A stretch of 61,340 bases of DNA, filler included, from Hausera hauseri (taxonomy: Eukaryota), in NCBI GenBank assembly GCA_046269625.1. It is 9 parts of 9 records of this genome, joined end to end, with 100 filler letters (N's around TTAATTAATTAA, not from the genome) between each part and the next. Parts side by side here need not be neighbours in the genome. Positions count along the whole stretch, not along the records: positions 21,294 to 27,221 come from JBJURY010167308.1; positions 27,322 to 31,758 come from JBJURY010581778.1; positions 31,859 to 48,326 come from JBJURY010288835.1; 6 more parts are not named here. One strand, given 5' to 3'. Positions 24,440-36,100 of this stretch are shown here, piece by piece (the first letter of the stretch is position 1; every line of letters begins with the position of its first letter). Under the pieces are notes generated by a model. It was not told the origin of the DNA, did no database searches, and saw only the letters and a program-made list of their open reading frames with translations. Position numbers and translations under genes: made by a program.

Positions 24440-26549
24440 TTTGTCGATTACTATAGCATTTATTCTTTAATGTAAACGATGGTCTATTGTACATTAGTTT
24501 GGGCATAATTTCCCGTTCGATGAGCTTTGTGAAATACAGAGTAAGCGACGAATTATTAATTTGGGGATAGTCGAGACATTTTGACGTGCGAATCTTTTTC
24601 GTTTCATTACCATCATGAACTGCCATAAGTTTGAAGTAATTCGACGTTAATGCCACTCCATGCAATAGAGAATACAGTTTTTTCAATGATAACAAATTCG
24701 TTTTTTTAATATTTCCAGATATTCCTGGTATAAGACAACATTACTTTTATATCCATGAACAGACAATCAACTTTGGAGAGTCGTTAAACTTAAAGGTTTT
24801 TGATTGACTAAATGGTAAACCTTTTCAATGTGATTCGAAGAATCTTTTGCAAATTGCACAATAACATTTGCCGTGAAATCGGCCGGTGTCATTTCAATGG
24901 ACAAGTCAATGTTAGGACAACACCGCAATTGGGTAAATGATCGAATCATCATGAAATTAAAATCATCCTCATTGAATGCTGCATTGACGGAATCTGCAGC
25001 CTGGTTCCCCGATCGATAAATGATGATTGGATGACCTTTGGGAGACGATTTTGTAACCATTTGTTCTGTGATCCATTTCGTCTGACTGTAGCCACTTTTC
25101 AGTTGGTTCGCGTATTTTGATAAATCTGAACCTTCCTATCTTACGATATCGTGCGGGAAAACCCCATCTGTGCTGATGTAATGAACGGGTTTTATTTTTG
25201 AGTGACTAGAGAATATTATAATATTACATGTTCCCAGAACATTGCTGCTGTACAGTGCGGAATACGGATAGACAAGATTGATATAGGTGGCTGTATGGAT
25301 AACGTAATCAATTTCTGTTGCTAAGTAACGATAATCATCTTTACTAAGACTGAAATTAATCAACGATATATCACCTTTCACAAACTTCACTCGATGTAAT
25401 ATGAGATCATTCAGACTATCCCCATCAATTTTCAAAAAATTATACGACAGTAGAGTGTCAGTGAATCCCTTTTGAATCTCCACGGTGTTCTTCGAATTGA
25501 TATTCGTGATGCTCTCTCGAATAAGACAGAAAATATGGGACTCAGTGGACTTCAGTAATTCTGACACAAAAAATACTCCCAGAAATCCTGTCGAGCCCGT
25601 CGACAATACGCAGACATTCGTCAATCGAGTTTTGTTAAAGTTCGAAAATCTCCAGAAAGCTCAAAGTTGGATGTCGAGATCCGTATCATACTGACAGTGA
25701 TTGTCGACCTCCTTCTGCAAATCGACCTCTGGTACAAGATCAGGTAATCTGTTATCAATGACCCTCCCCATAGCACTCAATGTTGGATGATTATACAGAT
25801 CTTTAACACTCAATTTAATGTCGAATTTCTCATTTATGATATGCAATAATTTTGCCGCCAACAATGAGTCTTCTCCAAGATTAAAGAAACTTTCCTGAAC
25901 ATCGATGTTGTTTATTTGTGGAACATTACTCCAAATTTCCGACAGCTGTTTCTCTGTCTCAGTTTCTGGGAGAAAATCAGGCTGACACATGTGTAAGCCT
26001 CTGTTCAGTGGTGGAAGTGCTTTTTTGTTCAATTTACCCAACACAGGAAGAATTGGTAATTCTTTGAGGATTACAAGGAATGATGGTATCATATAAAATA
26101 ACAGTCGACGTTTCAGGTCGCCTCTAATTTGTTTAACGGGTGTTGGTTCGTTCAAGACAATGTAGGCAACAAGATATTTATCGTCTCCTTCTTGTCCACA
26201 TGTATTAACAACAGCAGTTTGGACGTATTTCACTCCGATAAGTGATTTTAATAGCGGCAATTTCCACAGAGTAGCCTCTGATTTTGACCATTGCATCGCA
26301 TCGACCACAGATTTCTAAGCTACCATCCAATAGCAGGTAGCCCCGGTCTGCTGTACGATACATTTGATTTCCAGCTTTTGCGTCTCCAAGTATGTCTTGA
26401 CTGTGTGGCAGGAACCTTTTTTTATTTAAATCAGGCTTTTTCGAGTAACCAAGAACAACAGTAGGACCATATACAAAGATTTCTCCTGTCATTCCCAGAG
26501 GCAAAAGTTTTAAATCTTCATCCAGGTTATCATTTAACGTATTTCTCAA
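24440..26549 (-). pseudogene. NRPS-like A-T-R(-R) reductase (ATRR/Lys2-like), intronless, frameshifted, truncated at both ends
   Basis: A-domain C-part (GEIFVYGPTVVLGY, MYRTADRG, GRCDAMVKIRGYSVE, GKLNKKALP); carrier domain FFNLGEDSLL; linker LDIQL*AFWR; thioester reductase (VLSTGSTGFLG, NVLGT, YISTDGVF, GYSQTKW, EMTPADF). Ends in LKNK/AIVI, resembling the start of a second SDR. Confidence 0.88.
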
Positions 26550-28059
26550 GCCTAACAGGAGACAGGAAGTGTCTGGGATGTATGAAAGTTGTTGAAAAGG
26601 TCAACGGATTCGCAAAGATCTTGATTAAGTTCTGGGTAGATAACTGAAAGATTTGGATGGAAAAAATTTGCGTTACAATCCGTTCTGGGGTGTGTTAATT
26701 TAATATAGGAATTAGTATAAGAGACAGGCAGGTAAGAGAAATCAGGTTCATTGGAGATTATTTCATTTATCGGACTATTCGCGTCATTTATCGACGGCTT
26801 GTAAACTTTTCTGAATTGCACATGAAAATGAATTCCCCGACGACGGAGTTTCATGCGCCCTATGTGTGATTGAATTTCAGACAACAGTTCGTACAGCTGA
26901 TCAGCCTGTGGTGTTCAGGTTAAGTCACTTGGCAGCATGCTGCAACAAACCTCACTGATCTAGGGAATATCTGTTAAGGAATCCCAATTGGTACCGTGCT
27001 GATCTTATGAAAGATCCGTTGGTAAAACTTGTTACGACTCCTTAAACAACATTTTGGGCAAACCTCTTCGTGATTAATTCATTGATTAAACTGATTTTGA
27101 ACCTTTTGTACATTTGAGATGAAATAAACCATTATCTTTTGTCCATTATCTTTTGTTGTAACATGTTAAGTCCCACATGATGGACATTCCTATTTTTCCT
27201 GTATTTTGTACAATTAATGTANNNNNNNNNNNNNNNNNNNNNNNNNNNNNNNNNNNNNNNNNNNNTTAATTAATTAANNNNNNNNNNNNNNNNNNNNNNN
27301 NNNNNNNNNNNNNNNNNNNNNCATATGTTGCAAGGTGTTGTTCCTGAAATTGCCAAAACTAAAATTCACTATGATGCTAAATATATTTTACAATAGATGT
27401 TTTATTCCTTAAATCTAAATCCTTATAACCATTATGTGCTCCTCACTCGGGGCACCAGAAAATGTTCTTGTATGCCAATGACACTTCGACGATTTTGTAT
27501 TTCCACATTCTCATTATCCGACTTCTTCGACATACTGAACATTTTATGGAAATTCTTATAGTAATCTGAGGGGTGAGTCCGTTTGGCGGTTTGGTAAGGT
27601 TACCCAGCGCCTATTCGATTTATTTAACATTGTTACTGGATTTTCCGTTAAGGCTTTTAGGAGTAGCTCCGATCTTTATATCTTCTATGATATTAACATT
27701 TTCGTTTGTAATATATGAGGGTTAAAATAAGGTATGGTATTAATTTCGATTCTGACCAGTGATATTCATCTATCTTAATCTTAACATGTTTATATCCCTA
27801 GTGGTTATGATATATTCCAACATAGGTTACCTAGTTAAGACTTGTGAATTCTTCGGTCCAATTATCCAATGATTTTTATCTACTTCGGAAGCATCAACAG
27901 TAATTTACGACTTGGTGATCTAGCCATTTCAAGAGACATTAATGGCGCTAGAGGTTCAATTCTAAGAACGACTTGCAAGGGAATTTGTCTTAGGAATGGG
28001 TTTAAATCTTTTGAAGATGGGTTCCAATTCTTAATTGAATGTTAAAAATGTGTGATTTA

Positions 28060-29300
28060 TGTTAAAAAATTAATATCTTTATACTCTCGCTGTTCAGGTA
28101 TACAACCAGGTCTACCTATTTTTTATTTCTCCACGAGTCCCGTTATGAACCATAAAACCTCAAAATCGGTCAGAAACAAGAATATAAAAACACAATTTTA
28201 AATCTTTGATAGGATATGGTCCAAACATATATACGGGAGGATTAGGGAGGTACGATTTTAATTGCCAACTAAAATTTTAGTCGTTTCAATTATTCACTTC
28301 CTAACAGTGATGATTCACATATCATATTTCCTCGAAATTGGTCCTTTCATGCTCATCAACTATTATCAGAAATAGGATTTGAGAACTCTTTAGTCATATT
28401 ACAGTAATCATAGAAGGCTAGATGTCACCGATAAAATATATAGAGATTCTTCGACAATGTGTAACTTTTATATTCTTTGAAGGTCCAATTCATGTTAACA
28501 ACGGAAATCCACTTCCCCCAAGGAATTTTACATCGAGCTCGCTTTCATTCATAGACACACTAATAAAAACAAGAATGTATACAATATGATATAGTGGGTT
28601 AAAATATTCCCAACAGTTTTGGCTGTTCGATCATCTAGAGATTCTATTCCAAGGTCGTTCTAAAGAAAGAATATACCGGAGGAGCTACGTGAGTGCACGT
28701 AATGATTGTGATACAATGATAACGCCTTTATCTGTCTATTATTCGAAATTACAAGCCAGGTCCGTTTGTACTTCATCTCTATTCAAATCCCTTTAAGGAT
28801 AATAGACTTTCAGTATCGGTCAGAAGCGATAATACAAGAGTATTGTCGGATACCAAAGAAAAATAACGTTAAAACACATATGAGAGGGAAGGCGGAGAAG
28901 CGCTGATTTAATTGGCATACATTACATACCTGAAAATTTAGTCATTTTACTATTAGTATTCCAATAGTGATTACTTATATATATCGTTCTTCTCTTAAAT
29001 TTATTTTCTCACACCTACTAATTAAAGATGAGATTGGAAGATTTTCTAACTACATCATAACAAATTTAGAGTATTAGATATTATAAATAAAGGATGCGAG
29101 GAATTTTGTTAATAGGTAAGTCTTCACTTTCTTCGGGGAATTTACAATTCATGACAATAACGAAGTCCCATCCTTGCATGAGATCCCCAAATCGATCTCA
29201 CTTCCATTTGACAACCAATATTGCTGGGTTACTGTTGGATGAATAGAAAACAAACTAACATATAAGGATAGATATAATACAATAATAAGATAAAATATCA
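28060..29300. repeat. Diverged ~650-660 bp tandem duplication (possibly a third copy upstream at ~27450-28000)
   Basis: Paired anchors tcggtcagaa (28166/28816), aaaattt(t)agtc (~28272/~28933) and caattcatg (~28487/~29145). No long open frame. Confidence 0.6.
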
Positions 29301-30500
29301 ACAATGAAAATTCTAAAATTTTGGTTAGATTCAGCAGGCAGGTAAAATATAAGGTAAAATATCAACAATCAATTTCTAAATTTTATTAATTATTGTGGGA
29401 AATAAATGATCTATTCCAAGTCGAAGAATACAGTCATCTAATTTGACCAATTTATTAGAAAATAAAATCAAATGAAATTCACCCATTTCATTCAATCCTC
29501 GACAATTTCAAATCCTTACCTCTTACTTCTATTATTACACACTTCGAATATACTGATTACTTACACCTCGTATTTTCAGATCGTATTGTTATAAACATCA
29601 AGCAAACACAGAAAGCAATTAATCGCTACCAAATCAGAGGTACATTCGATCACAGTTTAATACTTCTCTGAAATAAAAACGGCATCTGCTTTTCGTTTTC
29701 CGTTGAGATCTCCGTTCGTGTTAGTCGAATAAACCTATGACGTTTCTGCTATCACGAATCTATTTCAATCAAAGGTACCACTCTAAATCTGAGCGAATGT
29801 TCTGGTTTCAGGATATGAGCTTTATGAATATTACTGCCCTCACTTGATCACTTCATAATAAAAGACATACCTCCAACCAAATCAATTCATTAATTCTTAT
29901 TAAAATTCTTTTATTTTTACGACAAACAATTTACAATACAATCGATCAATAATATTGGTAATTTAACAGGTTATAATTTTTTCTAATTAAAAAATTTTTT
30001 ACCCTGCAACTCCCCGATTCTGGGTAGTATGTTGTCATTTGGAATTGGTAAATCATTTGGATGGTCATTACTATTCGTGCTCAATTCTGTATTCGATGAT
30101 CCAGATGGTGTTCGGACATTATTTGTTTTAGAGATATTGGAATTCATTGGTGACTATAATAATGTGATTTCAGTATAGACTCATAATACCCAATTTTCAC
30201 TCACCAGAGGAATGTTTGGTATTATAACTTTCGATAGAATTATGATTGCAAAGATTTGAGTGAGTCTTTTACGAATAATGTTGCTTATTTATAGTCAGAA
30301 TTCTATACAGCTGGCAATTTTCAAATTCAATTACCAGAATTCATATGTTTAAATCTTTATCGTCAAACCCCGTCAATCTGCGCAGACGGTAATTCCCAAA
30401 TTTATTTTCAAAACATCGATTTGTGCAAATGATATTTTCAATTTTAATTGTTAAATTTTGTATCGTTCGTTTATGCATGTGATGTTTTCTGATTCAATCC

Positions 30501-30625
30501 GAGATATGAATTCTCTAAAACATATGTTGTTTTCCTATTCAATTGAAATATGAATTCTTTAAAACATGAGATATGAATTTTCTAAAACATATGGTGTTTT
30601 CTTATTCAATTGAAATATGAAATAT
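30501..30625. repeat. 67-bp direct repeat (2 copies)
   Basis: gagatatgaatt(c/t)tctaaaacatatg..ttattcaattgaaatatgaa at 30501 and 30568. Confidence 0.75.
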
Positions 30626-30661
30626 TGCACTTTTTAATTCAAATTCGAATCAATTTATTAG

Positions 30662-30934
30662 TGTTCAAATTATCTTTTTTAAACCTAATTTCGGTTATTT
30701 TATTAGTGGATTCACAGGCGACTTACAATTAATCAGAGAATAAAAACGCCCATCACGGGGGCTTAACATATATATCGAAGCAAGTGAAGTCAAAAATGAT
30801 TTCGATTAAAATCAATTAAAGTGTCTCCCAAATAAATTGTCTCGAATTAAAGTCGATTAAAGTTCGATTAAAATCGATTAAAGTGTCTCCCAATTAAAGT
30901 GTCTCGAATTAAAGTCGATTAAAGTGTCTCAACA
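30662..30934 (-). mobile_element. 3' LTR (~273 bp) with internal short tandem repeats; PPT at 30935-30949
   Basis: Minus strand: PPT gaaaagggggagaaa, then TGTTGAGAC...TTTGAACA (TGTT/AACA ends). U3 has repeated gagacactttaat / cgactttaat units, then a TATATAT box and AATAAA. Confidence 0.75.
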
Positions 30935-31758
30935 TTTCTCCCCCTTTTCAAAAGGATTCGGTCCTCCGGATCACTCTGGGTACTGACATCGATGAAGCTG
31001 AGGTTTCTTGGTTTAATCGTCAAAGTTGCGTCGTTCACTGGGTTCATCCAATGGCATAATCTTTGGGTTCGGTTGTCGTAGGTGTAAGAGAAGTGGTAGT
31101 ATACTGATGGTTGTCTGCAATATGGACATGAAATACCGTTTTGAAAAGTCATCTGTATAGCGTTTTCTGGGTCAATCGATTTGAGAGATTGAGATCGAAG
31201 TTTGTTGAAACAGGTTGCGCATAATTTGTGATTACATTGGAATTGAACTACTGTTATTCTTTCGGTAAGACATATAGTACATTCATATGTAGGAAACTGG
31301 TCATAGTAGTGAGTTTGTAATGTTGCCCATAGATCAGGAGGGGCTAGGTCGCATATAAGATCAATTGGACATTTACTGAAGACAGGAAACCAATCTTCTT
31401 GTAAAGATATTGGTAATGGTGGGCTATAGGAAATGATTGGTTTGGGTATTATTGTAGGTACAAGTACTGGTAACTCGGGTAATGGTCTAGTAATTTGTTC
31501 TGGATGATAGCGTGGGTGTGGTATTGAAGACGGTTGTCGTAAGAGAGTCATTACATTAATGTGAGGTAAAGGTGTTTGAAGAACAATCTGTGGTAGTCTG
31601 GTTATTATAGAGGGGTCAAATCTATGGATTGGGAATTCTATTCTAACTGATGCTTGTTGTTCAAGTCGGAAGTATCTTGTTGGAAGTATTTGTGGAATTG
31701 GTGTGTTAGTGATGGTAAGGAGAGCTCTTCTAGGATGGTGGAAGTATGAGTAAATAAA
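30919..31758 (-). CDS. Pro-rich plus C3HC4 RING-finger ORF at the 3' end of an LTR retrotransposon (5'-partial)
   Basis: The frame is open from the contig edge (31758) to TAA at 30919. RING: CTICLTERITVVQFQCNHKLCATCFNKL...SCPYCRQ. The C-terminal KRGRNVETL* is encoded by the PPT/LTR junction. Confidence 0.8.
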   Translation of the reverse strand, partial: FIYSYFHHPRRALLTITNTPIPQILPTRYFRLEQQASVRIEFPIHRFDPSIITRLPQIVLQTPLPHINVMTLLRQPSSIPHPRYHPEQITRPLPELPVLVPTIIPKPIISYSPPLPISLQEDWFPVFSKCPIDLICDLAPPDLWATLQTHYYDQFPTYECTICLTERITVVQFQCNHKLCATCFNKLRSQSLKSIDPENAIQMTFQNGISCPYCRQPSVYYHFSYTYDNRTQRLCHWMNPVNDATLTIKPRNLSFIDVSTQSDPEDRILLKRGRNVETL

Positions 31759-31858
31759 NNNNNNNNNNNNNNNNNNNNNNNNNNNNNNNNNNNNNNNNNN
31801 NNTTAATTAATTAANNNNNNNNNNNNNNNNNNNNNNNNNNNNNNNNNNNNNNNNNNNN

Positions 31859-33140
31859 CATCTGGTGTTGGAACTGGAGTTAACGGAAAAGGGACAGGAC
31901 ATGTGTTATAGACATACGCAGCATTCGTCGCGTTGACGTACACAAAACATTGGTCGACAGGCTCCACAGTGGAAGTCGAAGATCCTTTGCAGTCAATTGT
32001 GGAGAATGTCTGTACATGTAGGCCATCCGAAGCACATGTCGCAATATAGGAAGAATCAATATTCGGAATACATGCACGCTGATTAAGAGTCACCTCTGTA
32101 CAGTCCTGACATTTCGAGTCGATGCATGCCTTCTGCTTGAACGAGGTATGCCGCTCAGCATGAGCTGTGGTTGCATCATATTTGAGCCCACATTGGTCCG
32201 TGCCTTTCTCCAACAATATGTAACCCTTCTCACCCCAATCGGCGCCCCATGAATTCTTTACAATCCAGTAGGGGGGATCATATGTGTCGTCAAAACCAAC
32301 AATTAGGACAGCATGGTCTTGCGAGATGCTTGTACAGTTTGTCATGATCCCACCTGTATAATAGTTCCATGAGTCTGCAGCAACTGCAATTGTAACTGGC
32401 CCATGCAGGAACACGAATGCTGCAATCTTATCCTCATCCTGTTCGAGTACAGAGTGTCCAGTGATGACTGCGCCAACAGGAAGTGAACTCAAGTTCTTTG
32501 GACATTGGGGTACGAAATTACCCCCACTGACGTATGGCAGACTGCTCTCACTAATAACTGCACCTTTCCGATACTTCACCAACCAATCAAACGCAGTTTC
32601 TTGATAACCGCTACTACAGCCATAATCCAGAATATCGCACGAGACAAGCTGCTGCTCAGACAACGATGTTAACGGATTGCCCGCAAGAAACCACTGACCC
32701 TCCATATTCCCGGTCGATCCAAACGCCCAGCAACTGCCACAGTTCCCTTGGTTCTTCACGGGAGTAACAGCACCCTTTTTGCGCCAATCGATCTTCTGTC
32801 CAGCAGCAGCGAATGCATCTTTCGCACTCAATCGAAGCACATTCTTCTTTCGCCGACTACTCCTTATATCCCTGGAAGAGCATTTGTGCATCCGCTCGAA
32901 TTCCTCCTCACTCCAGTCTGAAAATTTGTTAACACCAAACTTTGCAAGCGGGTTAGCTTTCGCGTGCTTCTCCATTCGTACCAGGTTCTTCTTGAAGTAC
33001 TCAAACCGCTTCAGTTCCTCCTCCTCACTCGCGTATTGCCGCTCGTACTCCTGCTTAAACCTTTCAAACATCATGTGATTGTCCACGGTGGCAACGACGT
33101 ATAAAATAACGAGTAACACAAATGCCAACTCAAGATACAT
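31859..33140 (-). CDS. Kinetoplastid-type cathepsin L-like cysteine peptidase (cruzipain/CPB family) with C-terminal extension, 3'-truncated
   Basis: Intronless. Signal peptide; I29 prodomain (ERFNIN-like, FGVNKFSD); QGNCGSCWAF, QDHAV and YWIVKNSWG catalytic motifs; Cys-rich extension (FKQKACIDSKCQDC..ACIP..TC..DC..QC..TC). Confidence 0.93.
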
Positions 33141-36100
33141 TATTACTCAAGGTTGTGTCGCGATACGTTCTCTCCGATGTGTATGTGTGATCCGCTATGA
33201 AATAAATTCGCACCTTGTATGGTGAAGCCCCCCTCTGAGCCTTAGCTTAAACAGACAATTATAACTTCAGTCCACTAATGAATAAAAAAGAAAACCACTT
33301 ACCCCTTCCTAGTAGATAAAAACAGTGAAAAATAGATTAATGTTATAAGACTCTTGTATCTGCTAATGCTTGAATGTCTGAGACAGCAATGAAATGTAAA
33401 CAGTGATAAAAAATGGGCAGGTCGTTAACGATATCATATCAAAAACAAAAAAAACCAAGAAAAATAAGTGAGTCACTTCATTGTGAACGTCAGCAACAAC
33501 AGAGAAAATGAGAGTGTGGACATCAGCAACTCCTCAGAGACGTGTTAGTCGAACATCGATGTACGCAATAAAGTAACGTACACGGCTAAACACGTCATCA
33601 TGCATCAAGAAATTGTGGATGAGACCTTTTCATCCCAACACAATCCACAGATTACTTCATCATTGCAAGCAATACAAGTCACAACTGCCTTGAAACCAAA
33701 ACGCAGTCAGACATACAAGTGACGTATATACAAGTGTATTTTGAACTTCTTCAAAGAACAGAAACTCCGCTCACAGCACTCATCTGTATTAGCCTCGTGC
33801 ATCTCACAGCGCCAGCAAATATTCCTTCCCCTCTCTGGGATAAGGGATGTGTTACGTCACACAGTGTAGTGCTTTCCATTTTAATGACCTGTTCACAATA
33901 TTCACATTAACACCCACAACACAGATGCAACCATAACATAAGGAAAAAATGGATGCACACATCCAACACAGTCACAGTAGCGCTATCGATGAAGTGTGTC
34001 CAACGCACCATCATGGTACGAATCTTTGTAATAATGCGTCTCAAAATCACATGCAACACGAAACCGCGCCCGGTACCAGCGGATTATTGGCTAACAATGC
34101 AGAGATACGCATCCCTTAGCGCACACAAAACAATACAACAAAACACCGCATTGTTCAAGAATCCCAGTACACTAATTCCACGTCAGAATGCTTGACGCTT
34201 GAGCTGGTGCGTTGCCTGGCAAAACCAGTACTCTTTAAAGAGATGCCACGTTGCCGAGCTCGACATCCAGAGCCATACATAAAAAATATCAGCTGCGCAA
34301 TTAGTATTAGTAATGATCGAGCAACAACAACGGGACGCGGTAATATAGTCGCTGTATGCGGTTGTGACACTGATGCTGGTGCCGTCCTGTTCCTCTTCAC
34401 TCTATGGGTTCTTATGAAATCTCGACTGCTGTTCGCAGCGATCGTGTGCCACACACTAACATAAATAAACATTTTTTTTTGTCTGGCCATGGCATCGTGA
34501 CATAAGGTTGTGTGTTGCATGTAGTAGCTTTCGTGCATAGATTGTCTCATGAATCAGTGTCAATTCACAGCTGAATGATGCGCGGTACATGTGCTGCAAC
34601 ACTTGCCAATACCATACTCTCTGTGCATTTGTCATTGTAGTTGTTGATCACTGACACGGAGAATACTGTATCAACAATAATCATGTGGACTGCATCGCTC
34701 TGTCGCATGAACGCTTGCGGACAGGTGATGGTACATGTGCAAATGTTCCAGGTCACCAATGTCCCAAGAGAAAACAACCAATCGCTTCAGTTAGCAGCAT
34801 CACAAGCGATAAACAGCTGCTGCGTCGTTGCGTTTGCTGCGCTGCTGTTGGCAGTTCATTTTGAGAATAAAACTCCGTCGCAAAGAAGAATTTGTCATCA
34901 CACGTTCCTCTGGGGTCACTATTGCAGACATCGGACCATGAGAGAAGACAAGATAGAACACACGCATAGCAATATAGAAAGACCTCTCAATAAACCATGA
35001 ACAAGTGAACAGGTTGTCAACATACATACAGCATTGTCTTAGTCCTTCATTAGGTTGAATGAATTAATGGACCACATACTAAACGCCGAAAGCAACATAT
35101 GAACAATAAACATATAATATTGGCTACGTACGTTACCGCACTGTATTCGCTATCGTAATTAATACGGCCAGGCAATATGCGAAAATGTGCATGTGTGAGA
35201 CAAAGGCGGGAGTGATTGAGTTTGTGGGAACACAAATGGTGCCAAAATAACACCTGCAATAATAGGCTTTGAAAAGGGTTTGAGCTCCGCGCAAAAAATG
35301 ATTACCATCAGTTCAGGTTGGTAAGAATCAGCCCTACACACACATGATATTTCCATGCCTTGTATGAATGGTACAATCTTGTTATGATCATCGGACAGAT
35401 TTTCTTGTGAGGAAACGCTCACCAAGCAAAATGCTTGTTGAACAGGAGCTTTCAACTGCTGTGTTGGCTCGTTGATCGTGACGCCGCACTGAACAGAGAA
35501 CGACAGGGTAATCTTCACCACAGTAACAACATACTTCGACATGGCGTCGGCGAGTATGTTACTAACAACCAGACGGTGTCACAATCACCCTCACAGGCGC
35601 ACGCATGCGTCGTAATAAAACCCGAATGAAAGCACCATAATCATCTCAAGTTTATGAAAAGCATTTCAAAGCATGAAAATAAACCGATGGACTTGAATTC
35701 ATTGACATACTACTCGATGGCGCCCAAAAGGTTCAACAGACGACGAACATTGCAACGTGCACAATTGGAGCCATTAAAATAATTCTCTAACACAGGCGAA
35801 AACAAAGGCACACATGTCACATTGGATGCACAATAGTCGCTTGACTTTCTCCCGCTGACGTGAATGCGCCAGAAGCCTTCACAAATTATGAACGCAAACG
35901 TTGTCAAGACGCATCAACAACCCTCATAACCATACGCTTGATCGCCATCATCCAATCCAACTAATCAAAGGCAGCGAGGATCCAAGCTCCAAGCCGCATC
36001 GATGATCATAACGTTCCATGAAGTAGATAAACAACAATTACAGAACATGGAATACAACCATGGATCGTAACTGTGACAACCGAAGGCAATTGAAACTTTG

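Noticed and set aside
26552-26884. 110-aa ORF directly upstream of the NRPS-like fragment
   Set aside because: It has no adenylation-domain motifs, so it is not the missing N-terminus, and it has no identifiable family.
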